This document shows, one piece after another, positions 62,601 to 64,000 of a stretch of DNA of 64,000 nucleotides (positions are counted from its first letter, which is position 1; each line of letters begins with the position of its first letter). The stretch covers positions 7,311-71,310 of the forward strand of contig NMRA01000246.1 of NCBI GenBank assembly GCA_002633005.1, in the 5' to 3' direction. Both the position numbers and the translations under genes were made by a program. The notes beneath the pieces are model-generated. The model saw only the letters and a program-made list of their open reading frames with translations. It did no database searches and was not told where the DNA came from. The DNA is from Phoronis australis. Taxonomy: Eukaryota; Animalia; Phoronida.

Positions 62601-64000
62601 CTAGTGGTATTTCCCTCCAGAGTAAGGCAAAATTCCACTGAGTACGTTATTCAAAAGTAAGCGAGATGCATACTTTTTGGGAAGTTTAATACAGGCACCT
62701 TTAAGCAGGTCCTGGTCGTATAAACTGAGGGTGGGCAGTGAACCGAGCACAAATGCTTAACAGAGACAATTTTATAAATTTCATGGGAGGGCTGTAGGGT
62801 TAGCATGGCCACTAACCTGGAGGAATAGATATGTAAGTGGTAATAGGTTTCGGGTTGAAATACTAGCGTTTTTGGTCTGCATGGGAACTCTGTTTTTGTT
62901 ATGTTCCCAACCCACAGTGGCATTTGATCATTGTTTTGATGACTCAATCCTTTTCGAACTCCCATTTAAAATGCATCATACTCAAAATTCCTATGGTACT
63001 GTTCTCACAGTCAACTGGTTAGATGGTTTTACTTTCAAAGTGCACCTGTCAGTTTCCCCCCTATAAATAGGTTGCCAAGAAACAACACAACAGTCCTTTG
63101 TTGTGTGAGAACTTCACTGAAAGCCTAAATTTGTCATGATTAGAGACTGCATTCCACATAGACTGTTGGCTAAATCCATGTGTTTGCATTGAGTAATGTG
63201 GAATTTATATTCTAATATTTGACTTAAATTTAGACAGTGTTTGTTTTAAAGTGTTAAATTTGTGTAAACATTGAGTTGACAAAAGGTAATTACATGTATC
63301 GGATTCCCTACAGCTGCACTTTGTAATCTTCGAAATATGCCAGGGTCCCAGATGTACTGTATGTTCACCTTCATCCTTAACAAGTCTCCCTGATGCTCTC
63401 AACTCTGTGACTAGGAATTTGAAGTAGCATGATTATGAGATCATGTTTTTGCAGACTTGGAGCTTTATCGTTCAAAAGCATTTCGTGTGTTACATATTTC
63501 AAACTCAATTTACACGTCCAAAAATACATCACCAACTTTTTACCTTTCAGTTTGCAAAAATCATGTTTGTCTGTCTCGTCTGACAGTTAGTGTGACTATC
63601 TGCAGAATTCTTGTACACCGTGGAATTTCTGCTTATGCAAATTTGTGTTCGCTAATTGGTTTACTTTTAATTAAACATCCCTGAGCATTGCCTGTCGAAT
63701 GTAATCTTGACTTTTCAACTTATTTCAAGCACTCTTTGTTCTAAAATTTGCAGTATTTTTTCTGAGCGGTCTTCCTGTTTTATCGTTAAGTTGTAAGCCA
63801 CAACCTAGGCTAAATCTTCAGTTATTTAACACACAATATGGCGGACAAATGATTGTTTTGTCAAATTTCTCAGCAGTAGAGAGTTTAAGAAAATGTCATT
63901 CTAATTATTAGCTTGGTTTGCACTGTGCAGATGTCGTAAAACAACCTCTGAAAAAATTGAAAACTTGGTGTTTTGACAATTATTTTTGAGGAGATTACTT

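Overview
AT-rich, repeat-rich genomic DNA from an unidentified eukaryote, most likely a marine invertebrate. It has GT-AG introns, microsatellites and four N gaps (3926-4166, 15116-15787, 18823-18992, 47389-47391). Host genes: the terminal exon of a fibrinogen-domain (FReD) protein; a multi-exon SPSB/Gustavus-like SPRY gene that seems to lack a SOCS box; the first coding exon of a Caskin-like gene; two orphan ORFs. Much of the rest is decayed or nested mobile DNA: BEL/Pao, Gypsy, Penelope, a HERO-like RLE non-LTR element, an SGNH-bearing fragment, a Kolobok element, THAP remnants, HINE-like repeats and many MITEs. Most striking: a 3.27-kb element with 54-bp CAC-starting TIRs and a 5-bp TSD (Transib/RAG-type signature) carrying inward-facing spliced exons at both ends; two histone-type 3' stem-loops with no histone gene; duplicated 54-nt microexons in the SPRY gene; and an 82-aa orphan protein with an internal repeat. 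All calls were made by eye, without database searches.
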